Counted from the first letter of the stretch, positions 53,670-63,882 are shown. The stretch: 64,000 nucleotides of DNA from Alphaproteobacteria bacterium (GCA_965261735.1 OZ253470.1:480001-544000), one strand, 5' to 3'. Made by a program: numbers and translations. Notes: a model not told the origin generated them from the sequence alone.

Positions 53670-55169
53670 TCACTTGGCCGCGCGGGGCGCGGCGTCGGCC
53701 ATCGCCTCGAGGGCGTGGCGGTCGACCTTGTTCGTGCTGGCGAGCGGTAGCGCGTCCATGAAGAATATGCGGCGCGGATGGAGATAGGCGGGCCCATGAG
53801 CGAGGACGAAACTCTTGAGTTCCTCCTCACTGAGGTCGGCGCCAGCCAGCTTGACGGCGAAAGCGTAGGGCACCTGGCCCTTGATCTCGTCATCAACCGG
53901 CACGACCGCCGCTTGGACGATGTCATCGTGCCTTTCGAGCAGCGTCTCGACCTCATGGGGAAAGATGTTTTCGCCGCCGCAGATGAACATGTCGTCGGCG
54001 CGCCCGACGACATAGTAGAAGCCCTGGGCGTCGCGGCGCAGGATGTCGCCGGTGATGAACCAGCCGTCTTTCAGCCGTTCGGCCGTCATCGCCGGCCTAT
54101 TGTGGTAGCCGAGCATTACGCCGGGGTTGCGAACCCACAACACGCCCTGGTCGGCGTTCGGCCCGCCGACCAGGGTTACTTCGCCGTCGCGCAAGGGATA
54201 GCCGACCGAACCCCGCGGCCTTGGCAGGCCCTGGGGATGCGCGCCGAAGACGCGCGGCCCGCCCTCCGTGATGCCGTAATGCAGCGTGACCGTGGGATGG
54301 CGGAAGACGGCGTCGAGCTGGTCGAGAAGCCGCTTCGATGCCGGGGCGGAACCGATGCTGATCTGGCGCACCGAGGACGTATCGACACGAGCGAGAATAT
54401 TCCTGTCGCGCAGAATCATGGCGAACATCGCCGGAACGCCGGAAAGTGCGTGCGGATGATAGCGCGCGATGGACTCGATGTAGCGGTTCGCCTCGAAGCG
54501 CGGGAGCAGGACCATCCGCGCGCCTGCCAGCAGCACCGCCTTTACCGTCATGAGCGCGTTCTTGTGGTAGAGCGGCGCGGCGACGATGTAGCTGTCGTCT
54601 GGTTTCATCCAGCGGCCCGCGCGGTGCACCCACAGCTGCCCCGCATGATTGAGCAGCACGCCTTTGGGAGGGCCCGTCGACCCCGACGTGTAGGGCTGAA
54701 TGGCCACAACAGTGGGGTCGGTCTCGATGGCCCGGAACGGCCCGGGATCGAGAAACGCTCGGTAGCCCTCGTGATCGGCATCGAACAGAACGCGCTCGAC
54801 GCCGGCGGGACAGAGATGCGCCAGGTCCGGGTCGGCAAACACGAGCCGAACGCCAGCATCGAGGATGATGCCCCGGATGAGGTCGGGCGCCAGCTTCACG
54901 TTCAGCGGCACCGGCACAATGCCGGCCCGCATGGCGCCAAACAGCACTTCGAGATACTCGATTCGGTTGAGCGCCAGGACCGCGATACGATCGCCCTTGC
55001 CGAAGCCCTTTCTCAACAGCCCGCGCGCGGCGGCATTACAGGCAGCATCGAGAGAGGCGTAGTTTACTTCGCGTGGAGACGCCGCGCGGCTCAGGTCGAT
55101 CGCCGCCACGCGTGTGCCCGCGACGTGATCGGCGAAGATCGTCCCGAGATTGGTCGGCGCGCCCGTCAC
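53670..55169 (-). CDS. AMP-dependent acyl-CoA synthetase/ligase
   Basis: YTSGSTGPPKG, YGITEG, TGD, GRADD, GGENIFP.EVE, TNKVDR. Confidence 0.9.
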   Translation of the reverse strand: MTGAPTNLGTIFADHVAGTRVAAIDLSRAASPREVNYASLDAACNAAARGLLRKGFGKGDRIAVLALNRIEYLEVLFGAMRAGIVPVPLNVKLAPDLIRGIILDAGVRLVFADPDLAHLCPAGVERVLFDADHEGYRAFLDPGPFRAIETDPTVVAIQPYTSGSTGPPKGVLLNHAGQLWVHRAGRWMKPDDSYIVAAPLYHKNALMTVKAVLLAGARMVLLPRFEANRYIESIARYHPHALSGVPAMFAMILRDRNILARVDTSSVRQISIGSAPASKRLLDQLDAVFRHPTVTLHYGITEGGPRVFGAHPQGLPRPRGSVGYPLRDGEVTLVGGPNADQGVLWVRNPGVMLGYHNRPAMTAERLKDGWFITGDILRRDAQGFYYVVGRADDMFICGGENIFPHEVETLLERHDDIVQAAVVPVDDEIKGQVPYAFAVKLAGADLSEEELKSFVLAHGPAYLHPRRIFFMDALPLASTNKVDRHALEAMADAAPRAAK

Positions 55170-56146
55170 GGGGTAACGATGACCTTGCCGAAGACTTCCC
55201 GCTCCTCGATGGCGCGGAGGGCCTCGCACGCATCGTCGAACGAGTAAACGCCGTGAATGACCGGCGTGATGCGCCCCGCCTCGACCTCGGACAGGAGCGC
55301 TTCGAGTTCATTGCGCGTCCATCCCGTCGACCCCAAAATCGTGAGCTCGCGGCGCCACAGATAGCGCAGGTCGGTGGCCGGGTCGTAACTCGCCGTCGCG
55401 CCGCAACATACGATCCTTCCACCCCGGCGCGTAGCGCGTAGGGAGGGCACCCACGTATCGCCGCCCGTATAGTTGACGACAACGTCGACTCCGCGTTTCC
55501 CCGATATCCGCCAAGCGGCCGCGGAAAAATCCTCCGCCACGTAATTGATCCCATGGTCGGCGCCCAGCGCCGCAAGCTTCTCGAGCTTGTCCGCTGAGCT
55601 GGCACAAGCGATCACCGCGCAGCCGCGGTTCTTGGCGAGCTGGGTGCAGGCGGTGCCGACCCCGCCGCTGGCTCCGAGGATGAGAACGAGCTCACCGGGT
55701 TGGACATCGGCGCGCGTGTACATCATCCGATAGGCGCTGCCATAGGCGACCGGCAGCGCCGCCGCTTGCTCGAAGGAGGTTGAATCCGATAGCGGCAATA
55801 GCTTGTCCGCCTCAAAAGCGATTAGCTCACAGAGGCCGCCGTTCGAGTCCTCGCCCAGAACGCCACCGCTCTTGGGGCGCGGGTGGAGGAGCACACGCGT
55901 CCCGATGAGCGTCTCAGAGACGCCGGCGCCGACCGATCGGACAATGCCGGCGATGTCGGAGCCCGGGATGCGCGGCATCGAAACCGGCAAGTTAGGCATG
56001 CCGCGGCGGACGAAGATGTCGAGGTAGTTGAGGCCGCACGCCTTAACCTCGATAAGCGCATCACCCTCGCCGGGAACGGGCTCCGGCCACTCCTCGGACT
56101 TGTACTGTTCCATCCCGCCATGGCCGCGCAACGCGAGCACCCGCAT
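55166..56146 (-). CDS. MDR-family (quinone oxidoreductase-like) dehydrogenase
   Basis: GLNYLD, IPGSDIAG, GASGGVG, GKVIV. Confidence 0.9.
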   Translation of the reverse strand: MRVLALRGHGGMEQYKSEEWPEPVPGEGDALIEVKACGLNYLDIFVRRGMPNLPVSMPRIPGSDIAGIVRSVGAGVSETLIGTRVLLHPRPKSGGVLGEDSNGGLCELIAFEADKLLPLSDSTSFEQAAALPVAYGSAYRMMYTRADVQPGELVLILGASGGVGTACTQLAKNRGCAVIACASSADKLEKLAALGADHGINYVAEDFSAAAWRISGKRGVDVVVNYTGGDTWVPSLRATRRGGRIVCCGATASYDPATDLRYLWRRELTILGSTGWTRNELEALLSEVEAGRITPVIHGVYSFDDACEALRAIEEREVFGKVIVTP

Positions 56147-56336
56147 CGCCCCCTCCCAGACGCCTCAACCCCACAATGACACGGGGCTTCGGGCATTCTC
56201 CTGCATGCCGGCCGCGAAACCAATCAGCTTTGCCCTTTGCCTTCCGCTGGGGGCCACCTCGATCCGCTCTGCCGAGGCTCCCCTCTGCTATACTCCGGGG
56301 CCGTCAAGGGCTCTGGTCGGTGTATGGAGATCTGTG

Positions 56337-57332
56337 ATGTCGGGAGAAGCAGCGCAAGCCGGATTCGGTCCGAGGCGCCTCGGTCACGCCAACCTCTACG
56401 TCAGCAACCTGGCGAGATCGATCGAGTTCTACAACAAGGTTTGCGGCTTCGAGAAGGTCGGGCTCGAGCTCGGAACCGACGCCGGGTTCGTGTCCAATGG
56501 CAACACCCATCACGATTTCGGCCTTGTCGAGACCACGGGTAAGCCGTTCCGTGGCCGCAATGGCGAAACGCTCGCCGAGGCTCGAACGCAGCAGCCCGGG
56601 CTCAACCATTTCGGCTGGGAGCTCGACAACGAGGCACAGCTGGTGGCGGCGATCGAGCGCGCGACAGCAGCCGGAGTGCACAAGCGCCTCACCGTCGATC
56701 ACACGGTCTCGCACTCGATCTACATCTTCGATCCCGATTCGATCGTGCACGAGTTCTACGCTGACGTCATGGCGGACTGGCGCACGGTCTTCCGCGGCGG
56801 GGAGATCGAGAACATCTCCGCGCACTGGACCCCCGGGGCGTCGCAACCGCTGTCGCAACCCCTGTGGGAAACGGAACCCGAGATTCGTGTCGTCGCCGAG
56901 GCGCCCCTCCACCCGCTAAGAACGACCCGCGCCGCCGTAGTTGTCAGCAACATGGACCGCTTGCTTGGCTTCTACGTCGACATCGCCGGTCTTGAGGCCG
57001 CCTTCGTGGCGCCGGACAGGAGCTACGCCGTCCTCCGCGGGCAGGCGTCGACCGCGGACTTCCATCTCGCGCTCTTCGCGCAAGCCCCGGGGCTCGAAGT
57101 AGGCTGCCATCATGTCGGGTGTGCGGTGGCGGACGAAGGCTCGATCGAGCAGGCGAAGGCAGCGCTCGACGCGGCCGGGATCAAGGTCGACAGGCTGGTC
57201 GACAATGCGGCGAAGCGGGCTTTACTCCTGCGTGATCCCGACGGCCTCCTGATCGAGTTCTACTGCCCTCGGGAGCCGGATTTCGTGGCACTCGCTGAGG
57301 CGCCGCCCGCGGAGCGACCGTTCCTGGCATAG
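56337..57332 (+). CDS. Two-domain VOC protein (extradiol dioxygenase-like), paralog 1
   Basis: LGHANL, NGNTHHD, PGLNHFGWE, DHTVSHSIY..DPD...HEFY. Confidence 0.85.
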   Translation: MSGEAAQAGFGPRRLGHANLYVSNLARSIEFYNKVCGFEKVGLELGTDAGFVSNGNTHHDFGLVETTGKPFRGRNGETLAEARTQQPGLNHFGWELDNEAQLVAAIERATAAGVHKRLTVDHTVSHSIYIFDPDSIVHEFYADVMADWRTVFRGGEIENISAHWTPGASQPLSQPLWETEPEIRVVAEAPLHPLRTTRAAVVVSNMDRLLGFYVDIAGLEAAFVAPDRSYAVLRGQASTADFHLALFAQAPGLEVGCHHVGCAVADEGSIEQAKAALDAAGIKVDRLVDNAAKRALLLRDPDGLLIEFYCPREPDFVALAEAPPAERPFLA

Positions 57333-57901
57333 GGTGGCGGTAGGCCGCCGTTACCTCACGCGCGCCCGGGGGGCGGGCGTGAAGCCGCCGATCTCGCGCT
57401 AGAGGTCCAGCAGCTCGACGGAACCCACGGTCCGGGCCCGGATCTTGCGGGCCCGCTACCGGCGGCCTCGCCTGGATCCGTGTGTAGGCCAAACGAGAGC
57501 TCACCGGCGGGCAGCGAATCCGGCGACATGTTCAGCGCGCTGGCGCCACCGACGAGCAGCCGGTCGGCGGCGGCGGCGGCGTTTGGCGGCCAAAACGAAT
57601 CCGCCGTCCCCGCCGTCAAAACCGGCGGAGGCCACGCCCTGACATTTAGACAAGAGAGCCCCGCACCGGTTGAGGCCGCATGCGGGGCAGGAGCCAACTA
57701 AGGAGGTCTCGATGTTACCTGTAAGTTACTCCATTCGCTGCTTCGCTACAACCACTCGACGCCCTGCCTCCCGGCCTTGACCGAATGGGCAACGCCGATC
57801 ATCGCGAGGCATTTCCCCTGCTCCGCAAGACATAGGCGCGCGGGCGCGCTCGGTAGTGCCGGAGCGGGGCTAACCCGCTAGAGAGTGGAAAATCGGCCCT
57901 A

Positions 57902-58000
57902 GAAGGTTGGCTTTCAAGGGTAGAGCGGTCGTATGGCGACCTGGTCTGAACTTCGCCTCATAGCCAACAGCGGACATTCTGGGAGCCATGGCCGGAAGTT
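57902..58000. repeat. Second palindrome array, homologous to the 49.4/52.0-kb array
   Basis: GAAGGTTGGCTTTCAAGGGTAGAGCGGTCGTA...ACTTCGCCTCATAGCCAACAGCGGACAT. Confidence 0.6.
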
Positions 58001-58007
58001 AGACTCG

Positions 58008-59441
58008 GATCGTGTCCCGCGGAGTGGTGTAAGAGCGTTGCGCTCTACGCGGCTCCCGGCGGGTAGGGCCGGGACGTTCAGGCTGCCACGGTGGGCAGCG
58101 TGATGGGGACACCATCGCTCAGCGGAGCGATGGATTCCAGCGTCATGTATCTCCTTGAGACGGCCCACTCGTCGTTCTGCTCGAGAAGGATGGCGCCGAC
58201 GAGCCGTGTGATGGCGGCTTCGTTGGGAAAGATACCGACGACGTTGGTGCGACGCTTGACCTCGGCATGGAGCCGTTCGATCGGGTTTGTGGAGTGCAAT
58301 TTCTGGCGGTGCTCCCTGGGGAAGCTCATGTAGGCGAGGACGTCGTGCTCGGCTTCGTCCATGAGAACTGCCAGCTTGGGCACCTTGGGCCTGAGCTGGT
58401 CGGCGACCTGGCGCCACTGGACCTTCGCGCTGTCGGCGTCCTCCTGGGCGAAGGCGGAGACGACGCGCCGGCCCTGGCGGCCGGCATGGGCCAGCAGGTT
58501 GCGGGCGAAGTGCACGCGGCAGCGCTGCCATGTGGCGCCGAGGATCCGGGTCGCGGCGGCCTTCAGGCCCTTGTGGTCGTCGGAGATCACCAGCTTCACG
58601 CCGCGCAGCCCGCGCCGGGCCAGCGAGCGCAGGAACTCGGTCCAGAAGGTCTCGGCCTCCGACGCGCCGATCGCCACGCCCAGGACCTCGCGGCGGCCTT
58701 GGTCGTTGACGGCCACAGCCACGGTCACCGCGACCGAGACGATGCGTCCGGTCTGGCGCACCTTCACGTAGGTGGCGTCGAGCCACAGATAGGGCCAGTC
58801 GCCCTCCAGCGGTCGATCGAGGAAGCCGGTGACCTTATCGTCGATCTCGCCGCACAGCCTGGAGACCTGGCTCTTGGAGGCGCCCGACATCCCCATCGCC
58901 TGAACCAGATCGTCGACCGAGCGGGTCGACACCCCCTGGATGTAGGCCTCCTGGATCACCGCAGCCAGCGCCTTCTCGGCCATCCGCCGCGGCTCCAGGA
59001 AGCCCGGGAAGTAGCTTCCCTTCCTCAGCTTCGGGATCTTCAGCTCGACCGTGCCGGCCCGCGTCTCCCAGGACCGGTCGCGGTAGCCGTTGCGATGGGT
59101 GATACGATCCGCCGAGCGCTCGCCGTGCCCGGCGCCGGTCAGGCCCTCAACCTCCAGTGCCATCAGCCGCTCGGCCGTGAAGCCGATCATCTCGCAAAGC
59201 AGATCGGCATCGGAGCTCTTCTCCAAAAGCGCGCGCAGGGTCATCATGTCCTGGGTCATCGTGGTTCTCCTTCGGGTCAGGTTGGTTTGCACTAGCCCAA
59301 CCCTAAACCGGAACCGCGATGGCCTCCGCTGTGGATAGCCGGCTTGCCTACGCCAGACTCTCGGCGGTCGCTACGGCAAGCCGCCTACCCACAGCTAACA
59401 GAGGCTCCAACAACTCCTACACCACGTCCTGGGACACGACC
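58008..59441 (-). mobile_element. IS256-family element B (transposase ~58078-59259)
   Basis: IRs GATCGTGTCCC / GGGACACGACC; 8-bp TSD TAGACTCG; [27 protein letters not shown]. Confidence 0.92.
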
Positions 59442-59545
59442 TAGACTCGGCTATAGCTCGCCTGCGAAAACCTGCCGGCTGCTGTAAATCCGATTACGGT
59501 TGCAGTAGGGTTGGGCGGTCAGCCTGACGCGAAGGAGATCCGGAC

Positions 59546-60523
59546 ATGGCGGTTCAGGAACACAACGCACGGGACGACGCGAAAGTCGACTACTTCTACC
59601 GGCCGCGGCGCATCGGCCATTGCAACATCTACGTCGGCGTACTCGACCCGTCGATGGACTTCTATACCAACGTGATCGGCTTGCGCGAAGCTTACCGGCG
59701 CCCGGCCCTCAACGCCGGCTTCCTGACCAACGGCAACACCCATCACGACATCGGCATGGTCGACGTGATCGGCGAGCGCGGCCGCAGCCACACGCCGGGC
59801 CTCAACCACCTCGCCTGGGAGCTGGAAACCCAGGTCGATTTGGTTGAGGGGGTCAAGCGCGCAGCGACCGACGGCGTCGAGTACGACCGCACCATCGACC
59901 ACGAGATCTCACATTCGGTCTACAACAGGGACCCCGACGGCAATCTCAACGAGGTCTACGCTGACACCAAGATGCGCTGGTACAAGGAGCGCTTCGGGGA
60001 CGTCCACAAGCCCAATCCGCCATGGTATCCAGGAGACGTCGAGCCCGACGACAATATCAACTACGAACCCGATCCCGAGATCGTGCGCGTCGAGAGCGCG
60101 GTGTTCCATCCGGTCAAGATGGCCGGCGCCTGCATGGTGTTCGACGACTACGAGGCCAACTACGACTACTACACCGACCAGATCGGCCTGACACCGGTTC
60201 TGGGCGGGCGCGACACGCCCTATGCGGTGCTCGGCGGCACCTGCGGGATGCGCGACCTATCGCTGTTCCGCAGCCAGCAAGGGCGCGAATGCGGGCTCCA
60301 CCACATGAACTTCGTTTGCTTCGACGAGGAAGATCTCGAGCAATCGATCGCTCGGGCCAAACAGGACGGCATCGACATCGTCACCGAGATCGACCATGAG
60401 AGCCGTCGCGCGGTCGTGATCAACAGCCCGGACAAGCTCAAGATCAACTTCTATGTCGATCGGACCGAGGGACTACCTAGGCTCGGCGGCGTCGACGAAG
60501 CGCTGGCGATCTATTTGCTCTGA
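59546..60523 (+). CDS. Two-domain VOC protein, paralog 2
   Basis: AAGGAG RBS; IGHCNI, NGNTHHD, PGLNHLAWE, DHEISHSVY.RDPDGN.NEVY. Confidence 0.85.
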   Translation: MAVQEHNARDDAKVDYFYRPRRIGHCNIYVGVLDPSMDFYTNVIGLREAYRRPALNAGFLTNGNTHHDIGMVDVIGERGRSHTPGLNHLAWELETQVDLVEGVKRAATDGVEYDRTIDHEISHSVYNRDPDGNLNEVYADTKMRWYKERFGDVHKPNPPWYPGDVEPDDNINYEPDPEIVRVESAVFHPVKMAGACMVFDDYEANYDYYTDQIGLTPVLGGRDTPYAVLGGTCGMRDLSLFRSQQGRECGLHHMNFVCFDEEDLEQSIARAKQDGIDIVTEIDHESRRAVVINSPDKLKINFYVDRTEGLPRLGGVDEALAIYLL

Positions 60524-60987
60524 GGCGTCGGGGGCGCCGACCTCGATGTTGGTACCGGGTTGGTGCAGTTCGGCGGGGTCTACTCCGGGCCGAGGCGCTA
60601 TGCCGACTGCCGAATCAGGACCAGATTCGCCTCCGACCCCCAAATTCGCTACGCTACCGGTAACCGCAAGTGGTCACCCGAGGAATCTTGGGTAAAAGCA
60701 TTTCCAGGGGGAGGTCGATCGAGGATGCAGTCAGTGCCTGGCAGGGCTCGCGCCCCAGCGGTGAGGCCGCCGCGCTCGCCTGACCCCTCGGCCCGCAGCC
60801 TGAGGCCGGCGGCGGCGGCAAATGACGGGCGCGCTAGGCGACAACGCTGCGCTCGGTAGTCAGGGCGAGTTGGCACGGTGTTCTGACAAGCGTCGGTCAG
60901 ATCGGATTTAGTACCGCAGCTGTTGAATACGTAACCGGTCGCACAGGCCGAACAGGCCCAACTTTCGAACAGGCAAGGGAGGAAGTC

Positions 60988-62025
60988 ATGACAACAGGTT
61001 TTCAACGCCTGACCTCGCTGCTGGTGGGAGTTATAGCCGCCGGCGCCATGGCCGTGTCGTCACCCGCGGCGGACGCGCAGGCCACTTATGAGGAGGCAAA
61101 AAAGGAAGGCGCGCTTATCTTCTATTCCGGCCACCCGATCGATCGCCTTCAGAAGATGGCCGAGGGATTCAAGAAAGCCTATCCGGGGATCGACGTCGAT
61201 TTCTACCGCGGCGACGCCCGGCAGTACGCCCAGCGCTTCGAGACCGAATCAGCCACCGGCCGGCACAACGCGGACGTCGTGCTGGCAACGACCAACCGGT
61301 CGCAGGAGTGGTTCGACAAGGGTTTCATCGTGCCTTACGAATCGCCCGCGCTTAAGGACTATCCCCCAAACATTCGCGTAAAAGGAGGGATAGCGACTAT
61401 CTTTGGGATCAACACCACGAGCTTCGCGTGGAACACCGACCTCGTGAAACCGGAGGAAGCGCCCAAGACCTGGGATGATCTGCTCGATCCGAAATGGAAG
61501 GGCAGGATCGGCATGCTGGATCCGTTGGCCCGCGGCGGCGCAAGGACCTGGATCATCACCATGCACCGCGAGCTCGGTGAGGAAAAGTGGTTGGAGTACA
61601 TGAAGAAGCTCGCCGCCCAGCAGCCAAAATACGGGCGGTATATGCAGGTGCGCGAGATGGTCATGTCGGGTGAAATCGCGGTTCACGTCGCCGCCTATCC
61701 CGACTTCACCGAGCCGGTCAAGGTCAAAGGCGCGCCCGTCGAATGGGGAGTGCCGGAGTTCCTCGTGTTCGTCGGCCTCACAACCAATCTATCGAAGAAC
61801 GCGCCGCACCCGAACGCCGGCAAGCTGTTCATCGACTACTTGCTGTCGGACTCGGCGCAGGAGATCCTCGGTGAGACCGGCTTGATTCCGTCGAAGTCGG
61901 AGTACCGCTCGGGCGGCTTCGCCAGGCTCAAGGACGCCAAATTTGTAACTTCGGCGTTGGCCGGTGACGTGCGCTCGGAAGAGTACTTCAAGGATAAGCT
62001 CAGGGAGCTCTTCGGTAAGCGTTGA
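60988..62025 (+). CDS. ABC transporter substrate-binding protein (Fe3+/thiamine-type fold)
   Basis: Signal peptide; AKKEG.L..Y, PKTWDDLLDPKWKG, APHPNAGKLFIDYLLS. Confidence 0.87.
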   Translation: MTTGFQRLTSLLVGVIAAGAMAVSSPAADAQATYEEAKKEGALIFYSGHPIDRLQKMAEGFKKAYPGIDVDFYRGDARQYAQRFETESATGRHNADVVLATTNRSQEWFDKGFIVPYESPALKDYPPNIRVKGGIATIFGINTTSFAWNTDLVKPEEAPKTWDDLLDPKWKGRIGMLDPLARGGARTWIITMHRELGEEKWLEYMKKLAAQQPKYGRYMQVREMVMSGEIAVHVAAYPDFTEPVKVKGAPVEWGVPEFLVFVGLTTNLSKNAPHPNAGKLFIDYLLSDSAQEILGETGLIPSKSEYRSGGFARLKDAKFVTSALAGDVRSEEYFKDKLRELFGKR

Positions 62026-62310
62026 GATCGAATCAGCGCCGGCGACGGCGGCCCGGCGCCCGTAGAAGTGGGCGCTTCCCGTTGACACAAAACTCGTAAC
62101 GCTACCGTTGAAGCAAAGCAGCGAAGGGAGTATCGTGGTAGGTAGTAACGGGTTTCTCCTTACGGTTCGCCCCGCATCCGGCCCCCCGGCTGATGCGGGG
62201 CTTTCTCGTCTGATCATGGCGCGATGCCCCGAGGTGGTCAGCCTCGGGCGCCTTGATAGCTACGGCGGTAGGTTTATGGTCCCGCTTGCCGGCACTACTT
62301 CATGACCTAG

Positions 62311-62505
62311 TTTTCCGACAGCCTGTTCGAGTTCGATCAGATGGGGACGCTGGTAGCCACTTACCAAACCCCTCTCCTGGCCAAAGCTCGCGGCATTGCC
62401 TTCGGCCAGCAAACAGCGGCTATACCAGAACCCACCACCCTCACCCTCTCCGCCTTCGGCCTCGCGGGGCTCGGACTGGTGGCGAGGAGGCGCAGAGCTC
62501 CGTAG
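62311..62505 (+). pseudogene. C-terminal remnant of a PEP-CTERM protein (not in ORF track)
   Basis: ...AAIPEPTTLTLSAFGLAGLGLVARRRRAP*; in-frame stop directly upstream. Confidence 0.75.
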
Positions 62506-62722
62506 CGACGTACTCTCTCCTGTTCGCCGCTTCTGTTTTGAGAGTGGTAACCGGAGTCTGGTAATGGCTACATCGCGACCTTCGTCGCCCGCCGAATAAT
62601 GTCCGGAGCGGGGAGTAAACCAGACCCTCCGTGCTGAAATGTCGGTTTAGAGGCCGAAACAGCGCTCACCGGCTCCTGACACCGCCAGCGGAGCGCCTCA
62701 CGACAGCCTAGTCCACCGTCGC

Positions 62723-63706
62723 TTAGATGAGATAGGGCCGCTCCGCCGGGCTTGCGCTTGCCGCAGCACGGAAATCCGGTGACCGGGCGACCGCGTACTC
62801 GAAGCGAATGCCATCGGGGTCGCGCACGAACAAGCTGCGCTTTTCCCCATTGTCGACGCGCCGCTCGATCTCGGTACCGACCGCGCCCAACGCGGCCTCG
62901 GCCGCCACGAGATCGCACTCATCGGCGATCTCAAAGCTCGCATGATGGAAGCCGGGCGCCGTATGCCCATCGCCTTTCACCAACGCCAGACTGCACGGAT
63001 AGGACGCACTTGTACTTGCCATGCACACCAGCCCGCCATCGCTGGACTCCTGGACGATCTCCAATCCCGCGACCTCGGTGCAGAAGTCGATCATCCGGCC
63101 GTGGTCGCGGGTGACGAACACCAAGTGGCTTAGGCGGCGCGGGTGGAACGCGGCCGTTTCCACGCGGCGGATATCGTCGCCCGCGGGATAAAGCCGGCGC
63201 GTGTCGGCTGGCGCTGCGTTCGGATCCCAAGGCGAGGTGACCGACCCGCCGGAGCCGCCGTGATACGTCGTGCGCCAGTTCTCGGTCGCGTCGGAATAGA
63301 ACTCATGCGAATTGCCGTCGGGATCGAACACGTACACGCTATGCGATACGGTGTGCGTCAACACGCGCTGGATCGGAAACCCAGTGGCGACCGCCCGGTT
63401 GTAGGCGGCAACCAGGGCTTTCTCGGTATCCATCTCCCAAGCGACATGGTTGAGGCCGGGCGTGCCCGCCATGGCATCGCGCGTCGCCGATTGGTACTTG
63501 ATCGGCAGGATGGCGAGATCGTGGTGGCTCGAACCGTTCGAAAACAAACTGAGTTCAACCGGCTCCTCGTAGTAGACCGGCTCGAAGCCGCATACATGGT
63601 GATAGAACGCCCGCGATCGATCATGGTCGCCGACAAATAGCGTCACATGCGCGGCGCGGCGCGGCGCGAACCGAATCGGGGCGTGGGGGGCGGCGTCAAG
63701 GCTCAT
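62723..63706 (-). CDS. Two-domain VOC protein, paralog 3
   Basis: AAHVTL, NGSSHHD, PGLNHVAWE, HTVSHSVY.FDPDGNSHEFY. Confidence 0.85.
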   Translation of the reverse strand: MSLDAAPHAPIRFAPRRAAHVTLFVGDHDRSRAFYHHVCGFEPVYYEEPVELSLFSNGSSHHDLAILPIKYQSATRDAMAGTPGLNHVAWEMDTEKALVAAYNRAVATGFPIQRVLTHTVSHSVYVFDPDGNSHEFYSDATENWRTTYHGGSGGSVTSPWDPNAAPADTRRLYPAGDDIRRVETAAFHPRRLSHLVFVTRDHGRMIDFCTEVAGLEIVQESSDGGLVCMASTSASYPCSLALVKGDGHTAPGFHHASFEIADECDLVAAEAALGAVGTEIERRVDNGEKRSLFVRDPDGIRFEYAVARSPDFRAAASASPAERPYLI

Positions 63707-63882
63707 GGCAGCACCTTTTGTCGGAGCAAACGGAGGGCGCGGGCATTGGGCGGCTGACTCGCGCGGCCTGTCAAGCTTAGCGGAACGGAATTTCCTAGTT
63801 TAAGGTTTTGACATTCCGCCCCGTTTCGGGCCATATTGATCTTGTCTAGAGATTGATACGGCTCAAACGGAAGCGGAATGCC

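Noticed and set aside
57712-57780. 22-aa ORF after an AGGAGG
   Set aside because: No recognisable motif or supporting context; cannot be distinguished from debris.
60870-60886. sigma54 promoter TTGGCACG upstream of the SBP gene
   Set aside because: -24 element is good but the -12 position reads TCTG, not TTGC.
62080-62260. Riboswitch or sRNA (TTGACA plus two hairpins)
   Set aside because: -35/-10 spacing is only 15 bp and the GC-rich hairpins match no family I recognise; an Rfam scan would be needed.
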